From sequence record SRR22947725_3004: DNA of 64,000 nucleotides. One strand, 5' to 3'. The notes under the pieces are model-generated. The model was not told the origin of the DNA. It worked only from the letters and a program-made list of their open reading frames with translations, and made no database searches. This document shows positions 49,328-60,596 of this stretch, one piece after another. How positions within the stretch are numbered: position 1 is the first letter of the stretch; every line of letters begins with the position of its first letter. The translations under genes were made by a program, and so were the position numbers.

Positions 49328-51262
49328 TCATGGCCCCAATTCGTCGAAGTAATCGCGCACGGTGGTCTGGTAAGCCCTTGGAATACGTTGCTGGCTGAGT
49401 GCGCTTTGGGCATCTGCCTGAGCTGCTGTGACAGACTCCGTGAACTCAACTCGACTTTGTCCTTTTATGCTCAAACCCTTCAAAGTGATGCTACGCATGG
49501 GGGCACTTGAGTTAAACTGACCTTTTATTTTTGTCGAGGTCAGTCCATCTACCAACTTGCCTTCGCCTCGGTCTGTGGGGCCCTTGCCTGCCACCTCTGG
49601 ACGCGTGACACCCGAGTTGTCAGCAGCCTGTTGCGGTAATTTGTTTTGCCACGTGCCACCTTCCTCGCCCCAGGTGCCAACACCCTTGCCCGGTTTGCCG
49701 CCAGGTTTGAAACCGGGTTTGCTAGATTGGCCCCAGCTCATGCCATTGCCAACGCTCATTTTCGCGGTTGCAAGATTCTCCAGGCTGGCCATCAGGGATT
49801 GCATGTCACCGAACTGATCCATCAGGTTTTCAAGTTCACCGGCTGCCGTCAGCAAGGATTTTGCAGCACCCGCTTGATCGCCTTGCTGCATTTGCTTGGC
49901 GGCTTTCTTGAGAAAGTCCTGCACTATCCCATAGTCAGCTGCCTCTGGGATGGCCTTTTGGAGTTCTTTCAGCATTTTTTGAAGTTCCTCCTCTGATAGT
50001 TGCCCGGAAGTCAACTTGTTGGATTTGTCTATCAAGTTTTGACGGGCAAATGTGGCCTGTCCTTTTTCAAGTTGTTCTGCAAGATTTTTGCCAATCTGAT
50101 CCATTTGCATTTGAAGGTTTTGGAGTTCGCTGGACATTTGAGCTGTCTTCTCCATATCGATCTGAGCATCCCCCAAATGTTTGAGGAATTTTTCCAAATC
50201 GCCTGACTTCAGATTTGCAAGTGCGGCCTCAAGTTGCTCCGAGGATATTCCAGTTTGTGCAGCTTTCTGAGCCATTTCACCGAGTTGTTGAGTCAGGGAT
50301 TGTTTCAGGGCTTCGTTCATGCCTCCTTCGGGACTTTGAAGGCCTGAAGCTGTTTGCTTCAGCTGGTCGAGTTCACGTTGCATTTCCTGCAGTTCAGATG
50401 ATGAAGTCGCATTTTCTCCCATTTGCTGTTTGAGCGAATCCATGCGTTTCTGCATGGCATTGAGATTTTTGGGCGAAGCGGACTCCGCAGGAGTGCGAGC
50501 TGCTTTCTGCATGCGCTTGAGTGCAGGTTTTCGGTCAAGACTTGTGTGTTCTTTCCTTAATTTTTCGGTGACCTTGGCCAAGTCCCTGAGGGCATTGCTG
50601 CGCTTCAATTTGCCCTTGCTCAACTGCGTGCCGAGCTCTGCCACATCTGCCATGGCGGATTCGGTGGGTTTCAGTGCAGGGGGCCGTTTTTTGATTTCCT
50701 GTCGGATGAATGTTACCAGCTGTTTTCCAGTATTTTTAATGATGGCCTCTTCACGTTTTTTTTCAACATAGGCTTCGGTTCGATATTCGGGTGCAAAACC
50801 AAGTCCGACGCTGACTGCCAGAACGAGAACCGACCATTTTGCTGCAGAGGGCAGTTTAAAACAGACCAGATTTCTGGGCTTGACCTGTTCAATGAAATGC
50901 TTTGCGTCCTTGAGAATGAAATTTCCCCAAGTCTCTCTCTCCTGGAATTCGAGGGCGGCGGTGAAGCGTTCTTTGAGTTTGCATTGATCATCCACCCACT
51001 GCGCCGTTTCGCCAAGGTCAACAGGCTTGAACAAACTTCGGGCCTGCCCAATGATCGTCATCGTAACCCATGCAGCGCCTGACCACGCCAAGACCTCGAA
51101 AGGGACAGGGAATAATTTGAAAACAATCAGTGTGGAGAGCCAAAGCAATGCTCCCCAGAAAAATCCTTTCCACAGACCCATCCAGGATTGTTGCCAGCGA
51201 CGGCGTTTGCCAGCGTGCATCAATTTTTGTTCAACGAGTTTGCGATCCTTCATGGCGGCCAC
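49328..51262 (-). CDS. Membrane-anchored coiled-coil protein (MoxR-associated)
   Basis: N-terminal TM segments, long Q/E/K/M-rich helical region, Gly-rich linker, C-terminal IP..Y...V..YF. Confidence 0.8.
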   Translation of the reverse strand: MAAMKDRKLVEQKLMHAGKRRRWQQSWMGLWKGFFWGALLWLSTLIVFKLFPVPFEVLAWSGAAWVTMTIIGQARSLFKPVDLGETAQWVDDQCKLKERFTAALEFQERETWGNFILKDAKHFIEQVKPRNLVCFKLPSAAKWSVLVLAVSVGLGFAPEYRTEAYVEKKREEAIIKNTGKQLVTFIRQEIKKRPPALKPTESAMADVAELGTQLSKGKLKRSNALRDLAKVTEKLRKEHTSLDRKPALKRMQKAARTPAESASPKNLNAMQKRMDSLKQQMGENATSSSELQEMQRELDQLKQTASGLQSPEGGMNEALKQSLTQQLGEMAQKAAQTGISSEQLEAALANLKSGDLEKFLKHLGDAQIDMEKTAQMSSELQNLQMQMDQIGKNLAEQLEKGQATFARQNLIDKSNKLTSGQLSEEELQKMLKELQKAIPEAADYGIVQDFLKKAAKQMQQGDQAGAAKSLLTAAGELENLMDQFGDMQSLMASLENLATAKMSVGNGMSWGQSSKPGFKPGGKPGKGVGTWGEEGGTWQNKLPQQAADNSGVTRPEVAGKGPTDRGEGKLVDGLTSTKIKGQFNSSAPMRSITLKGLSIKGQSRVEFTESVTAAQADAQSALSQQRIPRAYQTTVRDYFDELGP

Positions 51263-51396
51263 AGTGCACTATGCCTCAAGTCAACCGGAAGACCAGTGAA
51301 AATTTATGGAGGTATGGCGTTTTATTTAATTGATTCGGAACAACTTGAGGTGCCCAATTGATCCATCATAATGGTGCAATTGAATCTAAATTGAAT

Positions 51397-53013
51397 CTAT
51401 TTTCCAAGCACCGAAAAATCTGCGAAAGCGAAATACAACGCAAGGACCACCACCGCGAGTCCAATGCCCATGGGCATGGCCCATTTCCATGGTGTTAGAT
51501 CGACCTGAGCGGAGTCTTTGTGCTCCCAGGGTTTACTGAGAGGGCTTATGACTCGACTGATCATCATGATGATGATGAGGCCTGCAAATACGGCTCCAAG
51601 GAAATGGAATTCATGCATGGTATCCACATGTTTGCTCAGCGCCGGAATAAAATAGCCCAAAGCAATTGAAATAAAACCCACCATGAGTGCCGCATTCGCT
51701 CCCCATGCCGGAATGCGCTTGTTGAGGATACCTAGAAGTACAACCGAGAATATGGGGATGAAATAGAGGCCATTCATTTTTTGGAGGTAGCCAAAAATAC
51801 TATCCTGTCCCGCCAGCAGAGGGGCCACAATCATTGCAAGCAGTGCGATGGCAATACCAAAAATTTTCCCGACTCTGATGACCCTGGCGTCATCTGTCTG
51901 CTCTCGACTGATCAGTTGTTTGTAAATGCCGAGACTGAAAAGAGTGGCGGTGCTGTTGAGGGCGGAGTTGAAGGAGCTCAGAATTGCTCCCACCATGACT
52001 GCCGCAAAGAAACCTGCCAGAGGTTTGGGAAGTACATTACTCACCAAGGTGCCATACGCATGATCTCCTTTGATATTGTCCCCTGCGTAGAGGTGAAAAG
52101 CAATGATGCCAGGCAGAACCAGAATGATGGGGGCGAGTACTTTAAATATTCCTGCGATCAGAACCCCTTTCTGTCCTTCCTTCAGTGTACTGGCTCCGAA
52201 AGTGCGTTGAATGATCTGTTGATTGGTGCACCAGTAGAACAGATTCAGCAGCAGCACGCCGGTAAATAATGTTGAAAATGGAACTGAGGATTCACTGCCG
52301 CCGATAGAATTGAATTTTTCGGGGTGAGCTTCTTTCATTTCCCTCAATGCTGCAAAGATGCCGCCGTCGTTCACTGCTGATAGCCCGAAATAGGTAATCA
52401 ATATGCCTCCAACGAGAAGTCCAAACCCATTGAGCGTGTCGGATACCGCCACGGACCGCAGTCCTCCAAAAATAGCGTAAATGGACCCTATAATGCCAAT
52501 CATCCAAACCGTGATCCATAGAATGGTTGTATCTGATTGAATCCCAGTGAGTGCTTTCAAATCGAGGATTCCAGCCAGACCGGTAGCTCCTGTGTAAAGA
52601 ATGATGGGGAGCAGGATACCAGCGTAAGCCAGAATGAATATAAAGCTGGTGATCGAGCGCGTTATGCCATCATAACGTTCTTCCAAAAACTGCGGCACTG
52701 TTGCGATGCCGCTTCGCAGGTATCTGGGTAGAAAGAAGAGTGCCATGAAAACCAAGGACAAGCCCGCAATTACCTCCCAGGCCATCACGGCAATCCCATC
52801 ATTGAACGCAGCTCCATTGAGCCCAACCAGCTGCTCGGTGGACAAGTTGGTCAGTAGCAATGATCCAGCGATAAAACCACCTGTGAGTGAGCGTCCAGCC
52901 AGAAAATAGCTATCCGAGGTAGCTTCGTTTTTTCCGCGGGTTTTCCACCAGGTCAGGAATCCAACCAAACCGGTACAAAAGACAAATGACAATATGGTAA
53001 TTGAGGGCATCAT
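51397..53013 (-). CDS. Sodium:solute symporter (YidK-like sugar SSS)
   Basis: [38 protein letters not shown]. Confidence 0.93.
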   Translation of the reverse strand: MMPSITILSFVFCTGLVGFLTWWKTRGKNEATSDSYFLAGRSLTGGFIAGSLLLTNLSTEQLVGLNGAAFNDGIAVMAWEVIAGLSLVFMALFFLPRYLRSGIATVPQFLEERYDGITRSITSFIFILAYAGILLPIILYTGATGLAGILDLKALTGIQSDTTILWITVWMIGIIGSIYAIFGGLRSVAVSDTLNGFGLLVGGILITYFGLSAVNDGGIFAALREMKEAHPEKFNSIGGSESSVPFSTLFTGVLLLNLFYWCTNQQIIQRTFGASTLKEGQKGVLIAGIFKVLAPIILVLPGIIAFHLYAGDNIKGDHAYGTLVSNVLPKPLAGFFAAVMVGAILSSFNSALNSTATLFSLGIYKQLISREQTDDARVIRVGKIFGIAIALLAMIVAPLLAGQDSIFGYLQKMNGLYFIPIFSVVLLGILNKRIPAWGANAALMVGFISIALGYFIPALSKHVDTMHEFHFLGAVFAGLIIIMMISRVISPLSKPWEHKDSAQVDLTPWKWAMPMGIGLAVVVLALYFAFADFSVLGK

Positions 53014-53134
53014 GATTCTGGGCTGATTTAGTAAACAGCATTGTTGGTTTTCCTGCTGTAATTCAAGATCAAAGTCCCTTTTGGCGATTCGGACATTGCT
53101 CATCGAAGGCCTTTCTGGTACCGGTTGGTGTGTC

Positions 53135-55720
53135 ATGTCTTCTGTTCAAACCGAGATGAATCTGATTGCCTTTCCGCATCAACAGGGTGAAAACCCGGTT
53201 GAGGTGGACGGTAAATTCTTTCGGTTGAAAGGAGAGTTATGGCCACTCAAGGGGGTGGCTTATGGTCCATTTGGTCAAGATCCGAAAATAGATGCGTTTG
53301 CATCCAGAGAACGAACGCTCAAAGATTTTGAACTCATCAGGTCAGCCGGACTCAACGCACTCCGGGTATATCACGTACCACCGCAGTGGTTCATGGATAT
53401 GGCTCAGGATCATGCCTTGAAGTTATGGGTTGATCTTCAATGGGGACAGCATCATGCCTTTCTGGATTCCAAGCGAGACCGTAAAAAAATCCGAAAGGAT
53501 ATCGCCTTGAAAGTAAGACAAATAGGGAATCATTCCTCTATTTTTGCTTTATGCATCGGTAATGAGATCTCCTCCGAACTGATACGTTGGCAAGGGGCTA
53601 CCAATGTCTCACGGTTTTTGGACGAACTGGCAGACGTGGTGCATCAAATCAGATCCTCCCTGCTTTGCACTTATGGCAACTATCCTTCCACCGAATACCT
53701 GCATCTTCAGGAAATTGATTTCTTATCCTTCAATATCTACCTCCATGATCCAGAGGCCATGAGTCGCTATCTGGCTCGACTGCAGCTTTTAGCAGACAGT
53801 CGCCCCTTAGTCGTAGGAGAGTTCGGGATGGATACTTTGTCTCAAGGGACCGCCAAACAGGCTCAGTTTCTGAGAGAACAATTGCAGGCGATTGAAAAAA
53901 GTGCCTGCGCAGGTTCCGTCGTTTTTGCATTTACCGATGAATGGTATAAAGACGGGAAGAGGGTCAAAGACTGGTCATTTGGTGTTACGGATACACATCG
54001 ACAGGTAAAACCATCTTTCGAAGTTTTGAAACAATATTTCAAAGCTCAGGCACCCTCCGTGTTACTTGAAGGTACCCCCTTGGTGTCTGTGGTGGTTGCC
54101 GCCTACAATGCAGGGGGGACCCTCGAGTCGTGCCTGCAATCACTCGAGCGGTTGGAATATCCAAACTTTGAAGTCATCATCGTCAATGATGGTTCGCATG
54201 ACAACACTTCGGTGATTGCGGCAAAGTTTCCGCAGTTCAATTTCGTTGATTTGGGAAGCAATCGTGGATTATCTGCGGCCAGGAATGCCGGTATCCGAAA
54301 AGCAAAGGGGTCCATTATTGCCTTTACTGATGCAGATTGTGAGGTCGATTCATTATGGCTTCGGTTTTTGGTCGAGGCATTTGAGAACCATGACTGGGCC
54401 GCTGTAGGAGGGCCCAATATTCTCCCCAACGAAGATGGTCCTGTCGCCGCTGCAGTCATGGTTACCCCTGGAGGCCCTGCTCATGTGATGCTGACCGACC
54501 AAATTGCCGAACATATTCCTGGATGTAACATGGCCTTTCGCGCCCAAGCTTTGGAAAGAGTCGGTGCCTTTGATCCTCAGTTTCGAATTGCTGGAGATGA
54601 TGTGGATCTTTGTTGGCGTCTGCTGATGAAAAAGATGGTCATCGGTTTTGCTCCAGGGGCCTTTGTATGGCACCACAGACGTTCTACAATCAGTGCTTTT
54701 CTTAAACAGCAAATGGGCTACGGGCGAGCCGAGTCGCTTCTCTGTCGAAAGTTTCCCTCGATGTTCAACGCACAGGGAGATCATGTGTGGAATGGTCGCA
54801 TCTATGCAAACTATGATGGGGGGAATCCACTGGAAACCTCCAGAGTTTACCATGGACTTTATGGGTATGGTGCTTTTCAGCCCATGTATGGTTCGGCACC
54901 TTCCCGTCTGGTGGCTTTATTGACTTCTTTGGAATATCACCTGCATACCACTTTGCCGCTCTTGATTGCCGGTTCAGGTTTTCCTGTATTCGGGCTACTG
55001 GCGGGGATGAACGTGATCGCAACTTTAATGCTTGCGGTGGCCTGCTCCCTGACAGCTCCCGTCGCCTCTGACAAACGACGTTGGTGGTCTGGTTTGTTGC
55101 TGGCATGGTTATATTTGTTGCAGCCTTTGGCGCGCAGCTCTGCACGATTGCAGCAGTGGGCACGCATGCGTCGCATGGGCAGCGCTTCTCGTGAGCGCAT
55201 TGAAGCTCTATCTTTGAGCTACACAGATGGGATATTTGACAGGGTTTCATTTTGGAATGAAACCGCATACGGACGCCCGGACTTCTTTGCCAGTTTCAAA
55301 ACTAAATTGAAGGATGTGGGTTGGGATGTGTCGCTACAAACTGACTGGACTAGTTTTGATGCATGGTTGCCGGGAGGGCTTGCTTTTGACTTGCACCTCT
55401 ATTCGGTGGACGAGTATTTCGATGGTGGCAAGCGGCGAGTCTTGTTTCGCTTGAACCCCGTGCCCACCGTGATCACACGAGTATCAGGATTGATGATTGC
55501 AGGAGCTTGCCTGGCATGGATCGCAAAGCTAGGGCTGGCCGTCACGAGTGTGGTCTTACTAGTTTTGATTTTACTCAGCGTATTTGCCGCTTATCGGTAT
55601 CTGCGCAAAAAATTACTGGCAGAGTGTCTGGTAGTCATTGTTGAAACAGCTGACAGCCTTGATTGGCGGCTTCTCAATCTCGACGATGAGATCGCTTCAG
55701 AAAAACGCAAACGCACATGA
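53135..55720 (+). CDS. Glycoside hydrolase (clan A TIM barrel) fused to GT2 glycosyltransferase and membrane domain
   Basis: GNE and GEFG catalytic-type motifs; VSVVV.AYN, NDGS.D, FTDAD, GCNMAF, GDDVD; C-terminal TM segments. Confidence 0.88.
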   Translation: MSSVQTEMNLIAFPHQQGENPVEVDGKFFRLKGELWPLKGVAYGPFGQDPKIDAFASRERTLKDFELIRSAGLNALRVYHVPPQWFMDMAQDHALKLWVDLQWGQHHAFLDSKRDRKKIRKDIALKVRQIGNHSSIFALCIGNEISSELIRWQGATNVSRFLDELADVVHQIRSSLLCTYGNYPSTEYLHLQEIDFLSFNIYLHDPEAMSRYLARLQLLADSRPLVVGEFGMDTLSQGTAKQAQFLREQLQAIEKSACAGSVVFAFTDEWYKDGKRVKDWSFGVTDTHRQVKPSFEVLKQYFKAQAPSVLLEGTPLVSVVVAAYNAGGTLESCLQSLERLEYPNFEVIIVNDGSHDNTSVIAAKFPQFNFVDLGSNRGLSAARNAGIRKAKGSIIAFTDADCEVDSLWLRFLVEAFENHDWAAVGGPNILPNEDGPVAAAVMVTPGGPAHVMLTDQIAEHIPGCNMAFRAQALERVGAFDPQFRIAGDDVDLCWRLLMKKMVIGFAPGAFVWHHRRSTISAFLKQQMGYGRAESLLCRKFPSMFNAQGDHVWNGRIYANYDGGNPLETSRVYHGLYGYGAFQPMYGSAPSRLVALLTSLEYHLHTTLPLLIAGSGFPVFGLLAGMNVIATLMLAVACSLTAPVASDKRRWWSGLLLAWLYLLQPLARSSARLQQWARMRRMGSASRERIEALSLSYTDGIFDRVSFWNETAYGRPDFFASFKTKLKDVGWDVSLQTDWTSFDAWLPGGLAFDLHLYSVDEYFDGGKRRVLFRLNPVPTVITRVSGLMIAGACLAWIAKLGLAVTSVVLLVLILLSVFAAYRYLRKKLLAECLVVIVETADSLDWRLLNLDDEIASEKRKRT

Positions 55721-56511
55721 AACACTATTTGGAATTACTCAAACTTGTCCTCGAAGAAGGCAGGGAAAAGACCGACCGAACCGGGACTGGTACATTGGCC
55801 GTATTTGGGGCGCAGGCGCGTTTTCCCTTGCAGGAATCCTTTCCTGTTCTAACTACCAAGAAACTACATTTGCGGAGTATTATTCATGAACTTCTCTGGT
55901 TCTTGAAGGGGGATACCAATATCGCTTACTTGAACGAACACCGAGTGAGTATCTGGGATGAATGGGCGGATGGTAATGGCAATCTTGGGCCTGTGTATGG
56001 CGCGCAGTGGTGTGATTGGAAAACTCCGGATGGACGCTCTATTCATCAGATTGATCAAGTGATTGAAGATATCAAAAAAACACCCGACAGCCGTAGATTG
56101 GTCGTATCTGCCTGGAATGTTGGTGAGATTGACCAGATGGCCCTGGCACCTTGTCATGCATTATTTCAGTTCTTTGTGATTGATGGGGAACTCAGCTGTC
56201 AGCTTTATCAGCGAAGCGCCGATCTGTTTCTCGGAGTGCCCTTCAACATTGCTTCCTATGCGCTTTTGACCATGATGGTGGCGCAGGTATGCGGTTTGAA
56301 ACCTGGCACTTTTGTCCATACTTTTGGGGATTTGCACCTTTATTCCAATCACCTTGAGCAAGCGAAACTGCAACTCACCCGCGAGCCGCGCCCTCTACCA
56401 AAAATGATTTTGAATCCTGAAATCAAGAATATACACGATTTTCGGTATGAAGATTTCAAACTGGAAGGTTACGACCCTCATCCTTCCATCAAGGCTCCTA
56501 TTGCGGTTTGA
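55717..56511 (+). CDS. thyA: Thymidylate synthase
   Basis: [44 protein letters not shown]. Confidence 0.98.
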   Translation: MKHYLELLKLVLEEGREKTDRTGTGTLAVFGAQARFPLQESFPVLTTKKLHLRSIIHELLWFLKGDTNIAYLNEHRVSIWDEWADGNGNLGPVYGAQWCDWKTPDGRSIHQIDQVIEDIKKTPDSRRLVVSAWNVGEIDQMALAPCHALFQFFVIDGELSCQLYQRSADLFLGVPFNIASYALLTMMVAQVCGLKPGTFVHTFGDLHLYSNHLEQAKLQLTREPRPLPKMILNPEIKNIHDFRYEDFKLEGYDPHPSIKAPIAV

Positions 56512-56981
56512 TCATGCAACATTTTCAAGCGATCGCCGCCATGGCGGAAAATCGGGTGATAGGCAAGGGTAACACGATTCCCTGGCATCTGCCGGATGAT
56601 TTCAAATGGTTCAAAGCAAAAACGATGGGGCATATTCTCATCATGGGGCGCAAGACATTTGAGTCCATAGGTCGCCCTTTGCCTGGGAGGGAAACCATTA
56701 TCCTGAGTCGATCCGGTTACACTGCCACCGGCACGCGGACAGTTGAATCCCCAGCCCGGCTTGTGGAAATCCTTGGGGACGACACGCGTATTCCGTTCAT
56801 CTGTGGAGGCGCTGATATCTACAGACAAACACTTGATCTATGCAGTGATCTTTATCTCACGCAGGTCAAAGGTGTCTTTGACGGAGATGCGTTTTTCCCT
56901 GAGTTTGAAAATCATTTCAAAGATGCTGAAGCTGTTTTGCATCATGAACAATTTACCGTGTTTCATTACCGTCACAGCTGA
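56508..56981 (+). CDS. folA: Dihydrofolate reductase
   Basis: VIG....[33 protein letters not shown]. Confidence 0.96.
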   Translation: MIMQHFQAIAAMAENRVIGKGNTIPWHLPDDFKWFKAKTMGHILIMGRKTFESIGRPLPGRETIILSRSGYTATGTRTVESPARLVEILGDDTRIPFICGGADIYRQTLDLCSDLYLTQVKGVFDGDAFFPEFENHFKDAEAVLHHEQFTVFHYRHS

Positions 56982-57016
56982 GCCGGGACGCACGGGGCAG
57001 CCCCTGCGTCTTGGCT
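56981..57016 (+). other. Strong GC-rich hairpin immediately after folA
   Basis: AGCCGGGACGCA-c-GGGG/CCCC-TGCGTCTTGGCT, 16 bp including two GU pairs, no U-tract. Confidence 0.6.
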
Positions 57017-57197
57017 GACGAATGTGACGTTTCTTACGGGAGTGAAGCAGGGGGTATTGACATCACGACTCTGTTGATTCATCGCTTTGGATGTGATATT
57101 CACGCACGAATGCATCTGTGGCTAGGCGCTTATCATCCGCCAGATGCGCGGCTCGCTTCTTCGGGCACGAAACATTCAATTCAATCTGCGATGTGGA

Positions 57198-57998
57198 TCA
57201 GTTGTTGTCTCCATCAAGTAAGCCTCCAATACCTCCCAGAATGGAACCCTCACCACGACTCTTTCCCCCGGCTTGTGGGGCATATGCCAAAACACGCCCA
57301 GCCAGTCGGCTGAATGGCAGTGACTGAAGCCACACCCGTCCCGGGCCTCTTAGAGTGGCAAAGAACAAACCTTCACCACCAAAGATGGCAGATTTGATAT
57401 TTCCCACATACTGGACATCGAAGTCAACGCCCGGTTGATAAGCGACCACACAACCGGTGTCGACTCGAATGCTTTCACCTGGCGAAAGCTCGCGTTCGTA
57501 AAGCGTTCCTCCTGCATGGATAAACGCCCAACCATCGCCCTGCAAACGTTGCATGATAAATCCTTCACCACCAAATAAACCGAGTCCTATTTTCTTTTGG
57601 AATGCGATCCCAATACTGACTCCTTTTGCAGCACACAGGAACGAATCCTTTTGAGTAATCATTTCACCTCCCATTTCCGAGAGGTGCATGGGGATGATCT
57701 TTCCTGGGTAAGGCGATCCAAATGCCACCTTTTCTTTACCGGTTCCCTGATTATGAAAAACGGTCATGAAAAGGGATTCCCCGGTCAGCAGTCTTTTACC
57801 TGCGTTCATGATGGAACCGAAGAATCCTGCTCTTTCAGAGGAACCATCTCCAAAGATGGTTTCCATCTGGATGTTCTGATCCATGTACATCATACCACCT
57901 GCTTCTGCGACAACCGCTTCCTGAGGGTCCAGTTCTACTTCCACGAATTGCATCTCTGCACCATAAATCTTATAGTCTACTTCATGCATCTCTGCCAT
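57198..57998 (-). CDS. TIGR00266/AIM24-family protein
   Basis: AEAG.M.YM, GES.F, FGGEGF..Q.L.G.G, VDTGC, GPG.VWLQSLP. Confidence 0.92.
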   Translation of the reverse strand: MAEMHEVDYKIYGAEMQFVEVELDPQEAVVAEAGGMMYMDQNIQMETIFGDGSSERAGFFGSIMNAGKRLLTGESLFMTVFHNQGTGKEKVAFGSPYPGKIIPMHLSEMGGEMITQKDSFLCAAKGVSIGIAFQKKIGLGLFGGEGFIMQRLQGDGWAFIHAGGTLYERELSPGESIRVDTGCVVAYQPGVDFDVQYVGNIKSAIFGGEGLFFATLRGPGRVWLQSLPFSRLAGRVLAYAPQAGGKSRGEGSILGGIGGLLDGDNN

Positions 57999-58820
57999 AT
58001 TCTTGCCTTTCTACCTTTATTTTTTACCTGAACGGTTTGACGGATTTCGATCGCAACCCTTGGTTGCAGTCATCGATCATGAAACCCATCGATATTTCCC
58101 GTTACCAAAATAAGCCTGCACCATTTAGTGAAAATCACAAACACCAGCAGCAATGCCACAGTGGTCTTGACTCAAATTAAAATGAAGAGATTTCATCAAA
58201 AAATTATTTATTCAGGCAGGATGATCAATTGACAATCCGACCTAAACCACATCTTTAGATTGCGAGAGGTTTCCTAATTCAAAGGAGGGGTTAACATCTG
58301 GATGATACATTATCCAGATGCCTGAGCAGTTGGGTTCATTCTTATCTTCAGCTGAATCGTCAAACCCATAAACGCACCCATATCAATTTTGATGAGATGA
58401 ATTTTTGAGGCAGTATTCATGGTTCCTCATGCATCTGTTTGCCAAGAGTTATGTTATTCAAATTCCAGCGAAAAATCGATATGGGACGAAGCTCTACCGT
58501 GGGCTCCAAACAACCATTTCGGACAGGAACTATTCACATTGAATGAGTAATGCCATTTGGTTTTCTTGTCTCTCACCAGCATGCTGGAAATTTTTAAAGA
58601 AAAATGACGGCGAGTGGAAGAACATCCGTCTGTTCGGGACAATTTCAGTTTCTATCTCAAAAGGCAGTGTCCAAGTTTTGTGTTTCACGAGGTTGAGTCG
58701 CTTAAAAGCAGGAATCAAAAGTAATATCTAATGTCTAATTCAAAGTGGAAATATACATATACCACATTAAAAAAAACACGTTAAAAAAAATAAATAAAAC
58801 AATTAAAAATATATTGAGTA

Positions 58821-59393
58821 ATGATTAAGTTAATGGTTAAAAAATTGGTAATGAACAGTATGGGGATACATAAAAAAACGATATTACAGGCGAAAAAATC
58901 AGTAATACACGGTCTTGGTTGTTTTGCTGTTCAGTTTATTCCCAAAGGTCAAAGAATTGTCGAATATTCAGGGCCCAGGCTGAATCTTGAGCAGACTCTA
59001 AAGGCACTCGAAAAGGGGAATGAATACATTTTTGACATAGACTCACACTATTCCGTTGATGGTAGCGTCATGTCGAACGCAGGCAGATATCTCAACCATT
59101 CCTGCGATCCTAATTGCGAAAGTGATATTATTTCCGGAAAGGTATGGATAGATGCAATGCGTGACATACACAAAGGGGAAGAAGTAACCATAAATTACAA
59201 TTATGAACTTGAAGGGTTCTCCAACAGACCTTGTCAATGTGGATCAAAAAATTGCCCTGGATTTATGATAGCGAACCATCAACTCGGTTTAAAAAATCCA
59301 CAAAAACTACTGCGCACCATGATGGAAATGTCCAATGAAATAATTTCTCAAAAAAAACAAAAACGACCTGCCGCCAAACAAATTATCGACTAG
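58821..59393 (+). CDS. SET-domain protein-lysine methyltransferase with post-SET motif
   Basis: S.IHG.G.FA, NHSCDPN, GEEVTINY, CQCGSKNC. Start may be 58851 or 58860. Confidence 0.93.
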   Translation: MIKLMVKKLVMNSMGIHKKTILQAKKSVIHGLGCFAVQFIPKGQRIVEYSGPRLNLEQTLKALEKGNEYIFDIDSHYSVDGSVMSNAGRYLNHSCDPNCESDIISGKVWIDAMRDIHKGEEVTINYNYELEGFSNRPCQCGSKNCPGFMIANHQLGLKNPQKLLRTMMEMSNEIISQKKQKRPAAKQIID

Positions 59394-59502
59394 TTTGTTT
59401 TGACCAAGCTTTCCACCTTCCAATAGCTCAGGTTTAACTCAAACAATATGGGTATGTTCATGGATTGATTTTTTTAAATAATGGGTTAGTATCTCACATC
59501 CC

Positions 59503-60507
59503 ATGAAAAGATTCGTAATCAACTTGCTTTCATTAAGTCTTGGAGCCGTGTTACTCCAGGCTCAGGATACCTCTCAATACTTGCGGTTGGGCATGATTGG
59601 GTTGGACACCTCCCATGTCATCGCATTTACCCGCATACTCAACGACACTTCGAATGCCGACCATGTTCCTGGTGGCAAGGTTATTGCGGCATACAAGGGC
59701 GGAAGCGATGATGTGGAATCCAGCTACACCCGGGTCGATAGATTCACCGAACAATTAAAAAATGAATTTGGACTGGAAATTTTGGATTCCATCGAAAGCC
59801 TTTGTGAAAAAGTGGATGCTGTCCTGCTCGAAAGTGTCGATGGCCGCCCTCACCTAGAGCAAGCGCAGATCGTGATCAAAGCCGGAAAACCGTTGTTTAT
59901 CGACAAACCAATGGCGGGATCACTCAGAGATGTTATTCAAATTTTTAAACTGGCCCATGAAAACAACGTGCCTTGTTTTTCCTCTTCTTCATTGAGGTAT
60001 TATGAAAGCCTTCAAAAACTCAAAACCGAGGAGATTGGAGAATTGAAAGGGGCAATATCCTATGGACCTTGTAGTCTGGAACCACACCATCCCGATTTAT
60101 TTTGGTACGGCGTTCACCCAACCGAGGCCCTGTTTTCAGTTATGGGCATCGGTTGTCAGTCTGTATCACGCACTTTTACTGAGCACACAGATGTGGTTTC
60201 CGGGGTTTGGAACAATGGGAACACAGGTGTTGTCTACGGTTTGCGAACAGGGCATGCGCGCTACAAGGTAACCACTTTCGGTACCAAAGGAATCGCTGAA
60301 CAAAATGGAGGAGGAAACTACGTCCCATTAGTGCGGGAAATAATGGATTTTTTCAAAACAGGTAACCCTCCAGTTTCAGCCAGAGAGACAGTCGAGTTAT
60401 TCGCTTTCATGGAAGGTGCAGATCTCAGTAAATCCAAGAATGGCCTTGAGGTGGATATTCCGCAGCTCATAAAATCGCACGGTGGTGGATGGTTACTTGA
60501 AGATTAG
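59503..60507 (+). CDS. Exported Gfo/Idh/MocA oxidoreductase
   Basis: IGLDTSH, SVDGRPH, FIDKP, WYG.H. Confidence 0.88.
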   Translation: MKRFVINLLSLSLGAVLLQAQDTSQYLRLGMIGLDTSHVIAFTRILNDTSNADHVPGGKVIAAYKGGSDDVESSYTRVDRFTEQLKNEFGLEILDSIESLCEKVDAVLLESVDGRPHLEQAQIVIKAGKPLFIDKPMAGSLRDVIQIFKLAHENNVPCFSSSSLRYYESLQKLKTEEIGELKGAISYGPCSLEPHHPDLFWYGVHPTEALFSVMGIGCQSVSRTFTEHTDVVSGVWNNGNTGVVYGLRTGHARYKVTTFGTKGIAEQNGGGNYVPLVREIMDFFKTGNPPVSARETVELFAFMEGADLSKSKNGLEVDIPQLIKSHGGGWLLED

Positions 60508-60596
60508 CGTGAAGAATGGTGTCTATTTTGTTTCGTTGTAAGACCGCTTCCTCTTCTGACTCTTGGAATGAGATTTGACCGACAATACAAAAAACG

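Noticed and set aside
53014-53136. Apparent head-to-head overlap of the SSS and GH-GT ORFs
   Set aside because: Disappears with starts at 53013 and 53135.
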